Shown piece after piece: positions 1 through 13,217 of a stretch of DNA of 64,000 nt. Numbering within the stretch: position 1 is the stretch's first letter; each line of letters starts with the position of its first letter. A model generated the notes under the pieces. The model searched no databases and was not told the DNA's origin. It saw only the letters and a list, made by a program, of their open reading frames with translations. The translations under genes were made by a program, and so were the position numbers. Source of the stretch: Octopus bimaculoides (Eukaryota); the NCBI RefSeq assembly GCF_001194135.2, contig NC_068983.1, forward strand, positions 122,713,257 to 122,777,256, read 5' to 3'.

Positions 1-227
1 TCTTTACTACCCATAAGGGGCTACACACAGAGGGGACAAACAAGGACAGACAAACGGATTAAGTCGATTATATCGACCCCAGTGCGTAACTGGTACTTAT
101 TTAATTGACCCTGAAAGGATGAAAGGCAAAGTCGACCTCGGCGGAATTTGAACTCAGAACGTAGCGGCAGACGAAATACCGCTAAGCATTTCGCCTGGTG
201 TGCTAACGTTTCTGCCAGCTCACTGCC
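1..227 (-). mobile_element. tRNA-derived SINE, 3' end cut by window edge
   Basis: Minus strand begins GGCAGTGAGCTGGCAGAAACGTTAGC (A-box-like) and has a B box GAGTTCAAATTCC (plus 143-155). Fragments of the same body recur at ~1300-1410, 2620-2700, 26740-26780, 38040-38210 and 40580-40720. Confidence 0.8.
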
Positions 228-689
228 TTAAATGAATGCATGTGTGTGCATGTGTGTGTGTGCGCATGCTCGTATGTACTATAGAACTGGTCAGTACTGA
301 AAACAATGCCATCTTAATTCCCTTTGGAGAAAGAAACTGGAGAAAATTTATGTGTGTCAGTGTGTCTCTGTGCAAAGTTTCTAGGAGAGGTTTAATTTGA
401 GACTCATTCTTGTTGGTGTTTGTGTTTCATAAATCCTAGAACTACATCAGCAAATGATTTGATGCTGTCATGGATATTGTGCCACAACACTTCAGGCATT
501 CCTCTATTTCTGCAAGCTTTGAATTTAAATGTATTTAAAAATTTTTTGTCGTTTCTAGATTTTTTAAAGAAGTAACGTTTATTCTCAGTTGTAAACTGGA
601 TTTCAGTGGCCTCTTTCCATATGGTTTAACAAAACCATATGAAAACTTTGCAAAAGAGACACAAGACATAGATCTCAGACAAAAACTCA

Positions 690-1230
690 CCAATGTCCAG
701 ATTCCTATACATCTCCTCCAGAAAACTATGCAGAAAACTGCATGAGATGAAAAATTTGGTAAACAAAAAAAAGCCCAAGAATTGAAACAGGCTGCTAACG
801 TTTACAACTTGAGAACACTGTATAACATTCTGAAAAATGTGTCTGGCACCCAAAAAGGTAGTACAGAATCTATTCTCTCTAATGATAGAACAAAACCCTT
901 AAGTAGGAAAGATGAAATTCTGAAAAGATGGGCTGAACACTTTAAATCTGTATAAATCATGAATCCACTATGATGCTGATGTAATCAACAAACTCCCCAG
1001 TGATCTATAATTGAAGAACTAGTGGAACGTCTTTTCTTGGAAGAGATAAGAACTGCTATCAAAAAACTTTCCAATAGTAAAGCTCTTGGACAAGACAATA
1101 TTCCCACAGAGGTGTACAAGCATGGTAGCAGACAACTTGTAAGTAAGCTATGCAATTGAGCAGTTCAAAGATGCATCTACAATGCACTTGTACAAAAACA
1201 AAGGGAAGAAGAGTGTATGTGATAATCCCC
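690..1230 (+). pseudogene. RTE (BovB-like) LINE fragment: EN-RT linker and RT start
   Basis: Manual translation gives ILKRWAEHF, LEEIRTAIKKLSNSKALGQDNIPTEVYKHG and QFKDASTMHLYKNKGKKSVCDN, with stops and frameshifts. Confidence 0.8.
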
Positions 1231-2619
1231 TTATCCAATAGAAGAATAAAGATAATCAAAAAGAATGGAGAAATGTGTTATTATTGGCAAGCTGTTCAAG
1301 TGTAATTTATTTTATTGATACCTGTTGGATTAAAGGTAAAACTGACTTTTGTGGGATTTGAACTCAGAATACAGAGGGACATAACTAAATAAAACAAAGC
1401 ATTTAGTCTAATACTGTAATTTGGGCAGAATTTTTGGAACAACAGTCCTTCGAAGTTCCATACATCATGGAAAAGGAAAAGTGAGGTGGGCAGGTTTCCT
1501 TCATTTTGTTTTTAATCTCTTTTTGTTTCATACAATGGAAAATTTCCTCAAATGTTGTGTCTTTCACATCCCACCCCTCACCTCTGTGCCCTTTTTACCT
1601 TCCGTATCATTTAGGAAATATCTATTCTGATTCATTCTGCCAGCTTCAGTTCCACAGAGTTTATTATTTCTACCTCAGCTGGACCCAAACTTACCAATTA
1701 CATGACTTGCCCACTACATGTACAGTTTTACCTCTACATCTCAGACAGGAGGTGGGGAGGGGGGGGGCACACGACCAGGTGATTAATTTGTTCACATCAT
1801 AATTCTGACATGTTAGTGTTGAGTTCAATCCAACTCCATCACACCTTGAGCAAGAATCTTTTAGCCTAGTTTTGGCTTGATTTTTTTTGTTTTGTTTTTT
1901 GTTTTATCTTCTACCCGTGTTGGGTCTGAAAGAAGGGACAGTGCCTATGCCCTTCACAGACCATCTAGATGAGTGAGGTTAATGATTAATGCCATTGATG
2001 TTCCTTGTGAACCTTTGTAAACTAACATCTGTGGGAAAGAAATGAATTGGGTGGGGGATATCAGAGAATGGAGCACGTCTGTGTGTAACTTAATAGTTAA
2101 TCTGTCAGGTGGCCAAAGCATTGGGAATAAAATTGGTTAAATAGTGTAGAACCCTGTCAAATGAAGTACAACTAATTTAATGAGCCAGCCTAGTCTTACA
2201 CAAAATATGTAACCAATAAAGAGGAATGAAGAAACCTACAACCCACAGTGACCCACAGCTCCCTGTCAATAGAATTATTCATCTGATATTTAGTTTAATT
2301 TTGTTGTGATTTTCCACAATTTATTCAGTGAATGGTGTATTTTTCTTAATAGTTGAGAAACATTCAGTTGAAACACTGGCTATGTCCATCATGTGTCACA
2401 CTGAGTCTGTCCCAGAATTACATTAAGGCCACATATATCTATGGAATACTCAGCCAAATTACACTATAATTAGATCCTGGATCTGTAATTAAAAGGCCTA
2501 GCCATGTCACACTGGGTTGTACTGATTCTACTTATGGATTATGTTGTGGGTACATGTGTGCTGTAGTATACTCAGCCAGTTATATGTTAATATAATGTGT
2601 AACCATAAGACTACAAGCT

Positions 2620-3151
2620 GACAGAATCATTAGCACACTGGGCAAAATGCTTTACATTCTGAGTTCAAATTCCACCAAGGTTGACTTTGCCTTTCATCCT
2701 ATGAGGGTTCTAGATTCAGTCCCACTGTGTGACACCTTGGGCAAGTGTCTTCTACTATAGCCTCAGGCTGACCAAAGCCTTGTGAGTGGATTTGGTAGAC
2801 GGAAACTAAATGAATAAAAGAAGCCCACTGTATATGTGTGTGTGTGTGTATGTGTGTATATATATATATATATATATNNNNNNNNNNNNNNNNNNNNNNN
2901 NNNNNNNNNNNNNNNNNNNNNNNNNNNNNNNNNNNNNNNNNNNNNNNNNNNNNNNNNNNNNNNNNNNNNNNNNNNNNNNNNNNNNNNNNNNNNNNNNNNN
3001 NNNNNNNNNNNNNNNNNNNNNNNNNNNNNNNNNNNNNNNNNNNNNNNNNNNNNNNNNNNNNNNNNNNNNNNNNNNNNNNNNNNNNNNNNNNNNNNNNNNN
3101 NNNNNNNNNNNNNNNNNNNATATATATGTATGTATGTATGTGTGTGTGTGT

Positions 3152-3202
<51 letters not shown>

Positions 3203-3430
3203 TATATAGTGTGTGTATATATTTATGTGTGTGCTTTGTGTCTGTGATTGTCCCTCCCACCATCACTTGACAACCAATGTTGGTGTGTTCACGTCCCTGT
3301 AACTTAGCAGTTTGGCAAAAGACACTGTTAGAATAAGTACCAAACTTACAAAGAATAAGTCCTGGGGCCGATTTCATTGACTACAAGGTGGTGCCCCGGC
3401 ATAGCCGCAGTCAGATGACTGAAATAAGTA
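2620..3430 (+). mobile_element. Composite SINE(s) with internal (TA/TG)n microsatellite spanning an N gap
   Basis: tRNA-like head with B box GAGTTCAAATTCC, core GACACCTTGGGCAAGTGTCTT, internal microsatellite, and tail GGTGCCCCGGCATAGCCGCAGTCAGATGACTGAAATAAGTAAAAGA. Confidence 0.65.
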
Positions 3431-3827
3431 AAAGAAAAGAAGAATATATATATATCTTGTTTTTAACATTAGAACTCTAAGTAGATAAAGATACAAATAA
3501 TGCTAAGGGTTAAAAATCCTTTCGATAGAAAATGTCAACGGTTGCCCTTAAAATAGCTAGAGAATATTCAAACACTTCTTTATTTTATCTACTTTGCTTT
3601 GCATTTATGTGCTTCCTAGTTTCTCTCCCCCCTCTCTCTCTATATATATATAAAGTTTGTGTATACATACACATATGCATGCATGCGTATATGTATTTAT
3701 GTATAGATGTAATGAAGTTAAATAGATTCATAAACTTTTCTTATTGCCACTTCTTCTTTCATATTCTTCAGATATAGCACTGGAAAATATTTGTCATACT
3801 ATTGTGTGCACACCCACACCCACCCAC

Positions 3828-3864
<37 letters not shown>

Positions 3865-4434
3865 AATGAAGAATTTGGAGGATAGTATGAAGAAACATTG
3901 TAAGTGGTAGTAAAAGAGGAGTTGATATTTGACATATAGTACAATTGTGTAATATCTGGGGTAGTTAAAAAAGAGAAAAAGAAATGATTGTCATTTTAAG
4001 TATGATCACGTTCTTCAAACATTCTTGCCTTTCACTTGAAATGTGATAGGGGAATATCATGAACAGGCATTCTATGGAAGATAAATAATTTTGTAATGAT
4101 GATTACATTAGAAAGGAATATTATGAATAAAAACAGTTCACTGAATATATTGTCTTTGCATAAAATGATGGTCTATCAGTCCTATGAAATTTTGATCACA
4201 AAACCTGAAAAGTTCCAAGGAGAACTTCATAACATTTTAAAGATGTTTATGTTGATTCTAACTTTAATTGAAACCTGAAAATTATGGTACAAGCTAATCT
4301 CCAATAGGTTTCTTTGAGAACCTTCTTGTCTGTTTTAGTACAAAAACCTTGTGAAACATATAGGAAATTAAGGAGAACATCTTAAATTCCAGAATGGAAG
4401 TCTTCAGACCTTGCTCACACTTCAGGCAGAAAGA

Positions 4435-4446
4435 GGGAGAGAGAGA

Positions 4447-4487
<41 letters not shown>

Positions 4488-4530
4488 GGAGGGAGAGAGA
4501 GAGAGGGTGAGAGAGAGAGAGAGAGAGATC
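4435..4530. repeat. (GA)n microsatellite
   Basis: Seen directly. Confidence 0.95.
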
Positions 4531-4539
4531 AAGAATGAA

Positions 4540-7500
4540 GACAGAAACAGGTGTACTGCTGAAGGAAGAACAAGAGAAAGATAGATAGTGGCAAGTGTCA
4601 GGGCATACCTCAAGGTATGGAGGTCATAATATAAGTGGCAGGGTATTACCAAAGAAATATAAGGTCCAAGAGTAGAGCAGTGAGTGGTGAGAACCTGGGT
4701 ACATAGAGGGGGGACTATGGGATAGTAATGATACAGTGAGCAGAGCCATGAGGACTGGATTGGGGAGTGAGAGATAAGCATCGTGCATGAAAGAGGAAAT
4801 GTGAGGAAAAGCAGAGATGTAGTTTGGCTTGTTTGGGCAGGGTGTGTGAAAGCTTTATTGTTACATGTGGGTGGAATACATCGTGCTTCCTCCATGAAGC
4901 CTTGAGATTGATCCTCACTACTTCATCCCATGTCTTTCCACGTCTCCCTCTTCCATGGGCACCACCCACTTTCAGTGATTGGCACTTCTTTATACAGCTG
5001 TCTTTATTCATACATATCACATGTCCAAACCAATGTAGTTTTCTCTCTTGCATGCTACATTTGATTTCTCTTATGCCCAACTTTTCTCTCAACACATTTG
5101 CACTTTGTCGTACATGTACACTGATGTTGCATATCCAACAGAGCATTCTACCTTTATTTCTCTCTAGTTTATGCATGTCTTTTGCATTCAGAGCCCATGT
5201 CTCAGTACCATGGTGTTTAGCCGCTTGCACACAAGCATCATACAGTCTACCTTTCACTCTGAGAAAGAGTCCTTTTGTTGCCAACAGAGGTGATAGTTCT
5301 CTGAACTGCCTTCATCCTATTCTTATTCTGGAAACAATACTTTCAGAGCATCCTCCACCATTGCTAATTTGGTCACCTAGGTAACAGAAACTATCTACAA
5401 CCTCAAGAGAGCCTCCTGGACATTTGAGAGAGTCCTGTGTGCCCTGAGTGCTTATTGTTCCTGCACGTCTGCCACATACGAAGATGACTTTATCTGTTAA
5501 TCTATCTATGATTCCACTTCACCTCTTATGTGTCCATAACTTACACATGGTGCAGCAAATGGAATTACGTCCTCCTACTTTCCTATATAGTGAGCATTTA
5601 CCTGATGGAAAGAGAGTCTTATCTGCTTTCTTGCTAACAACTTTGGTCTTAGCTAGGTTAACTTTAAGGCCCTTTCATTTCAGGTTTTGTTTCCACACCT
5701 GGAACTTCTCCAATTCTGCTACAGATTCTGCAATAAGAGCGAAGTCATCAACATATAGTAGTTTCTATGGGTATCCAGTTTTGAATTTCTCTGTTATGAC
5801 ATGGTGGAGTATGATGGATAAGAGGAGGCTGAGAACTGAACCCTGGCGAATTTGTATGCTAAATTCATCACTGTGTTTGTGGCTGACTCTCACCTTACTG
5901 ACAGCACCACTGTACTTGGCTAGTACAGCTCTAACAAGCCACTCTTATTTTCCTAACTTCCCTAGAGACAATCAGATAACCAAACTGGGGACATTGTCGA
6001 AAGCTTTCTCCAGATTGAAAAAAGCTAAGTACAATGGCTTATTTTTAGCCAAATTCTTTCCCTACAGCTGTCTTACTAGGAAAATGGCATCTGTGGTACT
6101 CTTCCCAGGTACAAAACCATAGTGCATATCATCTAGTTTAATTCTATTCCTAAGCAATTCAGCTATAATTCTCTCTGTAATTTTCATGACCTGGTTTTGC
6201 AGTTTGCTACCTCTGTAGTTGTTTCTATCTAAGGCATCACTTTTACCCTTGCAGCAACTAACTATAACACTACTACACCAGTCATTGGAGATGAGGCCTT
6301 CTTGAATAACTTGATTAATTATATAAGTGACTAAGCTGTGTCCTACACCACCAGATATTTTAATCATCTTGGCAGTGATTCCAAATAGCCCAGGGGCTTT
6401 CCCTGTCTTCCTATCCTTAATTGCCTTATCTATTATGCTGCTATCAGCTCTGATGGCTCGACCCTCACTTGGTTCGATATTTGAAAGACTCTCTTTCACC
6501 CATTCATTTTCCACATTTAGTAACCTTTCATAGTGACACTTCCATGCCACTTTGCCTTTATAGCACTGTCTACCTCCTTGTCCCACCATTATGTCACCTC
6601 TGGCCTAGCTGGGACTTTACACTAGCCACAGGTTTAATCTGCAGCTCCAGTAGACCGTCCTGTAGGAACTTCCAATTGTCCTCTAAGTTATTTGTCCTCA
6701 ATTCTTCCTCTCTTTCATCAGAAGCTTCCATTAGGAAATTTCTGAATTTCTGTTTGTTTGCTGAGTCTTTGAGCTTCCATAATCTTCTTTTCCAGAATGG
6801 TTTACTTTGCATTTGCAAGCATCTGTCTATCTCATTGCCTGGTGAGGAGGTAATCAATTTGGCTTATGTGTCCCCCAGACCGATAAGTGATTAGGTGGCT
6901 GGCTGGTTTTCTGAAGTTAGTGTTTCAGATTGTGAGATCATTTGCATCACAGAACTCCAACAGTCTTGTTCCCTCCTCATTCCTAGAGTGAAAGCCATAA
7001 CCACCATACACTCCATAGGGATGCTGTCCAACATGTCCATTGAAGTTACCAGCCACAATAACAAAGTCTCTCTCATTTGTCATTGAAGTAGTCTGAAAAG
7101 GACTTTGTAGAATTGGTCCTTCTGCTAATCAGCCAGCCTAGACTGAAGAGCATAGGCAGAGATAAATGTAACTGTTAATTTATCTATGATAAATAAGTCT
7201 CAGCTTAATTATCCTATCACATACTCTGACAAACACAATTACCTTATCCACCCACTTTTCAACTAACAGTATACCTATACCACCCACTCCATCACTCCTG
7301 CCTACTCAGAAAAATTTGAATCCCTGTTTCTTACCTGTGAGGAATCTAGCAGAGGCTCCCCTCAATCTTACTTCTTGTACACCACACACGTTAACATTGT
7401 GTCATTCCAGCATTTCAATAATCTCTCCACTCCTTCCTTTCATTGTGCCAACATTAATGGCAATGGCCCTAAAATTGTGTACTTGGAAGTAATAGTGGGA

Positions 7501-7548
7501 AGGCAGTTATGGAACTTTTGTCATCACCTGGAAAGAAGATTTATACAC
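4540..7548 (-). mobile_element. Near full-length, decayed RTE-clade LINE (APE endonuclease + RT)
   Basis: Minus-strand EN N-terminus INVGTMKGRSGEIIEMLE..VCGVQEV (~7470-7340), then AGNFNGHVG (~7060-7030). RT KAPGLFGITAKMIK..RNNYRGSKL..GFVPGKSTTDAIFLVRQL (6589-6062). C-terminus KGRLYDACV..RKLHWFGHV..GRGRRGKTWDEVV (5284-4900). Many stops and frameshifts. Confidence 0.92.
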
Positions 7549-8178
7549 ATGTGCATTGATATATATATATATATATATATATATANNNNNNNNNNNNNNN
7601 NNNNNNNNNNNNNNNNNNNNNNNNNNNNNNNNNNNNNNNNNNNNNNNNNNNNNNNNNNNNNNNNNNNNNNNNNNNNNNNNNNNNNNNNNNNNNNNNNNNN
7701 NNNNNNNNNNNNNNNNNNNNNNNNNNNNNNNNNNNNNNNNNNNNNNNNNNATATATATATATATATATATAGATGCAAAACAAGAGAAAGCAAAAGATGA
7801 AAACTTTCAGATAATGAATTTTTATGAGAAAAGAGAAGACAGGTTACAAAGAGGTGAAGAGAAGTAAAGAGATGGTATAAAAGTCACTTAGTAGAAGCAG
7901 GGGCATTGTATTGCCAAAATCTGGGAAAGGGACAGTCATAACACATTAGTGTTTATAGTCAGGTTAACACATTAGCATTGTATAAAGGTTGGATATTCTC
8001 CAGCTAGTGTGTGGAAATTTGATATGGGCTTTTTATACTCATAGTAAATCTGAGACTGTAATATTTGGTGATTGTTGCTATCAAGCATAGTAGGGGAGTT
8101 ATATTAGAAAATGAAGGAATATTAGTAGTAGTCATCTTGTAGGGTAGCGGTCTAGGATGCTCTTCTTAGCTTGGATAT

Positions 8179-9477
8179 TGTTGTGCCGACACCCCCAGAT
8201 GATGAAGTAGGCTAGCCCAATATGTAGATATAGAGGGAGAAGTCTAGACGCCATAGTAGTTGAGTAGAGGTCATCCAAACGTGTGATATAACAGTGGTGA
8301 TGAAGATTTTGTAGCTCACACAGCCACCGTGTAGTATTGTGATATAACAGTGGTGATGAGGATTTTGTAGCTCACACAGCCACTGTGTAGTATTGCGATA
8401 TAACAGTGGCGACGAGGATTTTGTAGCTTACACAGCCACTGTGTAGTATTGTGATATAACAGTGGCGATGAGGTTTTGAATAGTACCGAAATGGAAGAGT
8501 TACTGGAAACAGTTGTATAACAACAAGAGCAGCAGCAGCAGTAACTACAAAAGTTAACAGAATTGTTACTGCAGTCAAGAAATACGACAGAATCATTTTC
8601 AGCAGATAGTGTTGCAAATTCCATCGAAGAATTTCACTACAATAAGAACTACTTTTGCTGCATATTACAGACGATACGAAGACATATTCCAAGAGGAATG
8701 TAAGGGATGGTCTAGAAAGGAAGGCAAGGCTCCTTTTGCGAAAGCTTGCTACTCCGGAACACGAAAGCTTTTGTAACTTTATTTTGCCGAGTAAGCCCTC
8801 GGAATTGTGTTCTGATGAAACGATAAATATTTTGACTAATATTTTTAGTGAGAAAAGTTCGCAGTTTAACATTCGATGGGAATGTTTAAATTTAAAGAAA
8901 AATGAGTTCGATGATTTTGTAACGTATGCCGATATGGTTAATAAGGCTTACGAAAGGTTTAAGCGGGAAGAAAAACAAAATTTTTTAACACAGGTGACAA
9001 AATGTATTTTAAAATATATAGTAACGGAAAACAGGACTGGGAATAAGGAAGTATAACTGGACATCTGGGTAACGTGATGTACATGGTAAAAAGACCAAAA
9101 TATGAACACAGAAGGCATTTAAACCAATTAAAAAAAAGATATACCAAAAACCAAGAGAGGCGAGAAGAACCAATAGATTTATGGTATGATTTGTTCGAGG
9201 TCCCAGAACCACAAGCAAAAATAGAACCAACATGTAAGTCGAACAGGAAGAGAAAACCTACAGAAATGATGAAAATTAACGCTAAGAGAAAAAGATATGT
9301 CAGTTTCTCACTGAGGAAATAAAATTGATAAATTCGGGTTTAAAAAACTCAAAAGGGGGAGGTGTTGTGTCGACGACCCCAGATGATGAAGTAGGCTAGC
9401 CCAATACGTAGATATAGAGGGAGAAGACTAGACGTTGTAGTAGTTGAGTAGAGGTCATCCGAACGTGTGATATAACA
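8179..9477 (+). mobile_element. Complete non-autonomous mini Gypsy LTR element (internal-deletion, TRIM-like)
   Basis: 115-bp LTRs TGTTGTG...ATAACA at 8179-8293 and 9363-9477 (9 mismatches). 5-bp TSD GATAT (8174-8178, 9478-9482). PBS TGGCGACGAGGAT. PPT AAAAGGGGGAGG (9351-9362). Decayed gag from ATG 8491 (RLLLRKL..FCNFILPSKP..IFSEKSSQFNIRWECLNL) joined to a pol tail (GNVMYMVK..HLNQLKKRY). Confidence 0.93.
8282..8475 (+). repeat. 56-bp tandem repeat containing LTR end + PBS (3 full units + a partial 4th)
   Basis: The PBS TGG starts at 8295, 8351, 8407 and 8463, an exact 56-bp period. Unit: TGTGATATAACA-G-TGGYGAYGARGATTTT-GTAGCTYACACAGCCACYGTGTAGTAT. Confidence 0.95.
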
Positions 9478-10664
9478 GATATATATATACTGATAGATTG
9501 AGAGATGTTAGGTTGAAATGGGATGAAGTCAAGTCAGTTGTTGAAAGTCAATATATATATATATATGCGCATACATACACACATGCACACACACATACAT
9601 ATATGCACATTACACATGCATGCACACAAAGAGAGCAAGAGAGATACTGAGAAAAAATTTACATTTATAGAAATATATACATGAATTAGTAAGAAATATT
9701 TATTAAATAATAGCTACACACCTCCTCTTTCATAACAAATTAGGAACAAAACATTCAAAAAATTGTTTTCACTTCTGCTTATATCATTCCAGCTACTGAT
9801 CCACTGTTTACGCTTTCTTTCTTTTTCTTGCCCTTCTTCCTTTGTATAATGTCATTACAACAGTCACTCTAAAACCAAATTGAACTTTATCTAGTACTGT
9901 TCTTCGACTTTTACTAACCATACAATTATTTTCACTATTTCCACTCTGAATTTTGTTACCCATACCCATTGAGTTCTAGTTACACAACAATATAAAAAAA
10001 ATTAATAATTTGAGATTTCTTCTATTTAAAAAAAACACCTCCCAAAAACACCCATTTCATGTTTACCCACTCTCATCTCACTTCCTGTCTTTATATTTGC
10101 TCTGTGCTACCCAAACTCCTCCATTGAAAGTTTAATTTTCCCTCAGACGGAGTTAGTCTTGGAACATTAAGTTTCTCTTCTCCCCACACAATACATATCC
10201 AAAAATGAATTTCACAACAAAATTGCTGAGCAATCTCTGCAAAGGAAAAAGAAAATCACTTTAACCAGGTGGAAGATAAATTCCTTACTCTCTTTCACAC
10301 CAAGGCAAGGTCAAATTACACTTCCTGACCTTGGCACTAACTTCCATTTGCAACTGAAATATAATTAAAACCAGAGAAAAGCTGAAATCAAACTATTCTA
10401 TGAATCCATAAAACCTCAAAGATAAAAAAACAATATAAACTTTAAGACTAGGCTTGTAGTGACACATAGACAACAATAAAAAATTACTTAATATGAAGCC
10501 TCAACAAATTATGTACAACCTTAAAATATGATAATGAAACATGAAAATGTGACAAGTGTAATATATTTTTAATTACAGTAAAGCCCAAAACTACGAAAAT
10601 TAACAATTTACTCACTGAAAATAATAAATTTATAAAGATTCTGAAAGACAACCAGATAAAAGCG

Positions 10665-11657
10665 CCCTGAGAGAAAAGTTGGATGTAAGAAGCATCAAAT
10701 GTGGTGTGCAAGAGAGACAACTGCACTGGTATGGTCATGTGTTATGTATGGATGAGGATAGCTGTGTGAAAAAGTGTCACACCTTAACAGCGGAGGGAAC
10801 CTGTGGAATAGGTAGAACCAGGAAGACCTGGGATGAGGTGGTGAAGCACTGAAACCTTTGGAGATATGTTATGCTTGAGAAGACTGGTGGCATGTAAAAA
10901 GCACTATTCAAGCCTGGGCAATGCCAGTCCCACTGGACTGACTTGCATGCCAATGGCATGTAAAAAGCACATACGAGCGTGGCTGATGCCAATGCTGCCT
11001 GAATGGTCCCATGGCGGTGGCACATAAAATGCGCCATTCAAGTTTGGTCATTGTCAGTGCTGTCTGACTGGCACCTGTACAAGTGGCACGTAAAAAGCAC
11101 AATTCGAGCCTGGGGAATGCCAGTCCCACTGGACTGGCTCCTGTGCCAGTGACACGTAAAAAGCACATACGAGTATGGGCGATGCCAATGCCGCCTGACT
11201 GATCCCATGGTGGTGTCATGTAAAATGCACCATTCAAGTGTGGTCATAGTCAGTGCCGTCTGACAGGCACCCTGCCAGTGGCTCGTAAAAAGCACCATTC
11301 GAGCGTGGTTGTTACCAGTGCCATCTAACTGGCTCCCATGCTGGTGGCACATAAAAAGCACCATTCGAGCGTGGTTGATGCCAATACTGCCTGACTGGCC
11401 ATTGTGCTGGTGGTATGTAAAAAGCACCATTTGAGCATGGTTGATGCCAGTACTGCCTGGCTGGTTCCCATGCTGGTGGCACGTAAAAAGCACCCACTAT
11501 ACCCTCAGAGTGGTTGGCATTAGGAAGAGCATCCAGTTGTAGAAACCTTGTGCAGTCTCCTGGTTTGCCAGTCCTCAAACCGTAAAACCCATGCCAGCAT
11601 GGAAAGCAGACGTTAAATGATGATGATGATGAAAATGATGATGATGATGATGATGAT
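10665..11657 (+). mobile_element. 5'-truncated RTE LINE 3' end (Rex3/Expander-like tail) with minisatellite 3' UTR
   Basis: Translates to ALREKLDVRSIKCGVQERQLHWYGHVLCMDEDSCVKKC..RKTWDEVVKH. Tail motif TTAGGAAGRGCATCCAG(C/T)TGTAGAAAC ends in (GAT)n. Confidence 0.85.
10888..11493 (+). repeat. ~65-bp minisatellite (9 units + start of a 10th) with a 196-bp higher-order trimer
   Basis: GTAAAAAGCAC-like anchors at 10894, 10960, 11024, 11090, 11156, 11220, 11285, 11351, 11417 and 11483. Confidence 0.92.
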
Positions 11658-12640
11658 ATTGGGTCATTCCATAATTAATGCAGCTTTTTCATACTTCTTT
11701 TATTTTTCAAAAATTAAGATAAACAAAGTTCCTTTTTAATCTGAAATATACTCTCCTTCATTTTCCACAATGCTCTTCCATCTATCTGGTAGACTTGCAA
11801 GGCCCCCTCTTCCAAAATTCACTTGTCTGAGATGAAAAATACCCCTGCAGTACTGTTCTGACCTTGTCTACTGAATTCATATTTTTTTCTGTTCAAAAAA
11901 TTTTGAAGACTGTGGAATAAATGATAATCAGATGGGGCAATGTCTGGCGAATAAGGTGGGTGGGGCATCGTTTCTCATTTAAACTGCTCCAACCTTTGGA
12001 GTGTCATTCTTGTTATATGTGGTCAAGTATTATTCTGATGGAAGAACACTTTGCTTCTTGAAACCAAAGATGGTCGTTTTTTTCCAGTACTGACTAAAAC
12101 CACTCATGTCGCTTGCAGTAGATCTCCTTTGTTATCGTTTGGTTTGAGCTTAAAAGTTCACAATGGACTAAACTTGTCATATCCCACCAAACAGATAACA
12201 CTTTACGTGGGTGAAGAAATTCTTTGGCCTGGGGTGCTGGTGTTTCTCCTTACTCTGACCACTGTCTTCAGTGTTTAACATTTTTATAGAGAACCCATTT
12301 CTTGTTATCAGTCACTATTCAGTCCCCAAAAGGTTCATTCGTGAGAAGTGACAGCAAAGAAGAGCACACATTCACTCTCTGCGCGTGATTAAACACGGAA
12401 AGTTTGTGAGGAACCCATTGACTCAATTTGCTGACTTTTCTGATGGCACGCAGATGTTGATGAATGGTTAAATGGCCAAATCCAAGCTTCTCTGGTAGTT
12501 CCTTAACATATATGATTGGATTTTGTTCCACCAAGGTTTGCAGGATGTCCTCGTTGAGCTCTACAGATCTTCCAGGATGAGGCTCATCTTCTAGGCTGCA
12601 GTTTCTGGCTCAGAATTTTTGGAACCACCGTTGACACTGG
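11657..12640 (-). mobile_element. Decayed mariner (D,D34D-type) transposon, 5' part lost
   Basis: Minus strand gives LEDEPHPGRS..VEQNPIIYVKELPEKLGFGHLTIHQHL..WVPHKL..IVTDNKKWV and PHPPYSPDIAPSDYHLFHSLQNFL. A TIR-like TATTGGGTCATTCC lies at ~11657. Confidence 0.85.
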
Positions 12641-12731
12641 CTTATGCATATTGTCCGATCCCAATACACACACACANNNNNNNNNNNNNNNNNNNNNNNN
12701 NNNNNNNNNNNNNNNNNNNNNNNNNNNNNNN

Positions 12732-12790
<59 letters not shown>

Positions 12791-13215
12791 TATGTATAGA
12801 GTGTATATATTAATGCGTGTACATATATATGTATATATGTATATGTACATATATGTGTGTATATATGTGTATATATGTGTGTGTGTATATATGTGTGTGT
12901 GTATATATGTGTGTATATATATATATACATGTGTATTCATAAATACACATGTATATATATATATATGAATTTATGGTATGGAATACCGTCGCTGATGATA
13001 GCAATAAGTAATATTTTTTACTTTAAGCTTGAAACAGGAACTTGTATGCAGTTAACCGAAAGTTTTAATTCATTTTCTTTCTTTTACTAGAAGTAAAAGC
13101 TGCTGGAATTGCACATATACTTCTTTGGAGTAGAGTGCACATATATTTTGAAACATATGTAGGAATTAAGGAACTTATTGTTTATATGCGTTTTGCTCCA
13201 TTTATTATTATTCTT

Positions 13216-13217
<2 letters not shown>

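Noticed and set aside
2763-3377. Long ORFs rich in YI/HT/CV/X (also 7375-7867, 12584-13004, 19105-19665, 44870-45288, 47372-47784, 48147-48897)
   Set aside because: These are translations of microsatellites and N gaps, not genes.
8282-8475. CRISPR-like appearance of the regularly spaced repeats
   Set aside because: The spacers are near-identical, there are no cas genes, and the context is eukaryotic. It is a tandem duplication of LTR end + PBS.
10888-11493. CRISPR-like array (conserved GTAAAAAGCAC with variable intervals)
   Set aside because: The intervals are homologous to each other and sit in a LINE 3' UTR, so this is a minisatellite.
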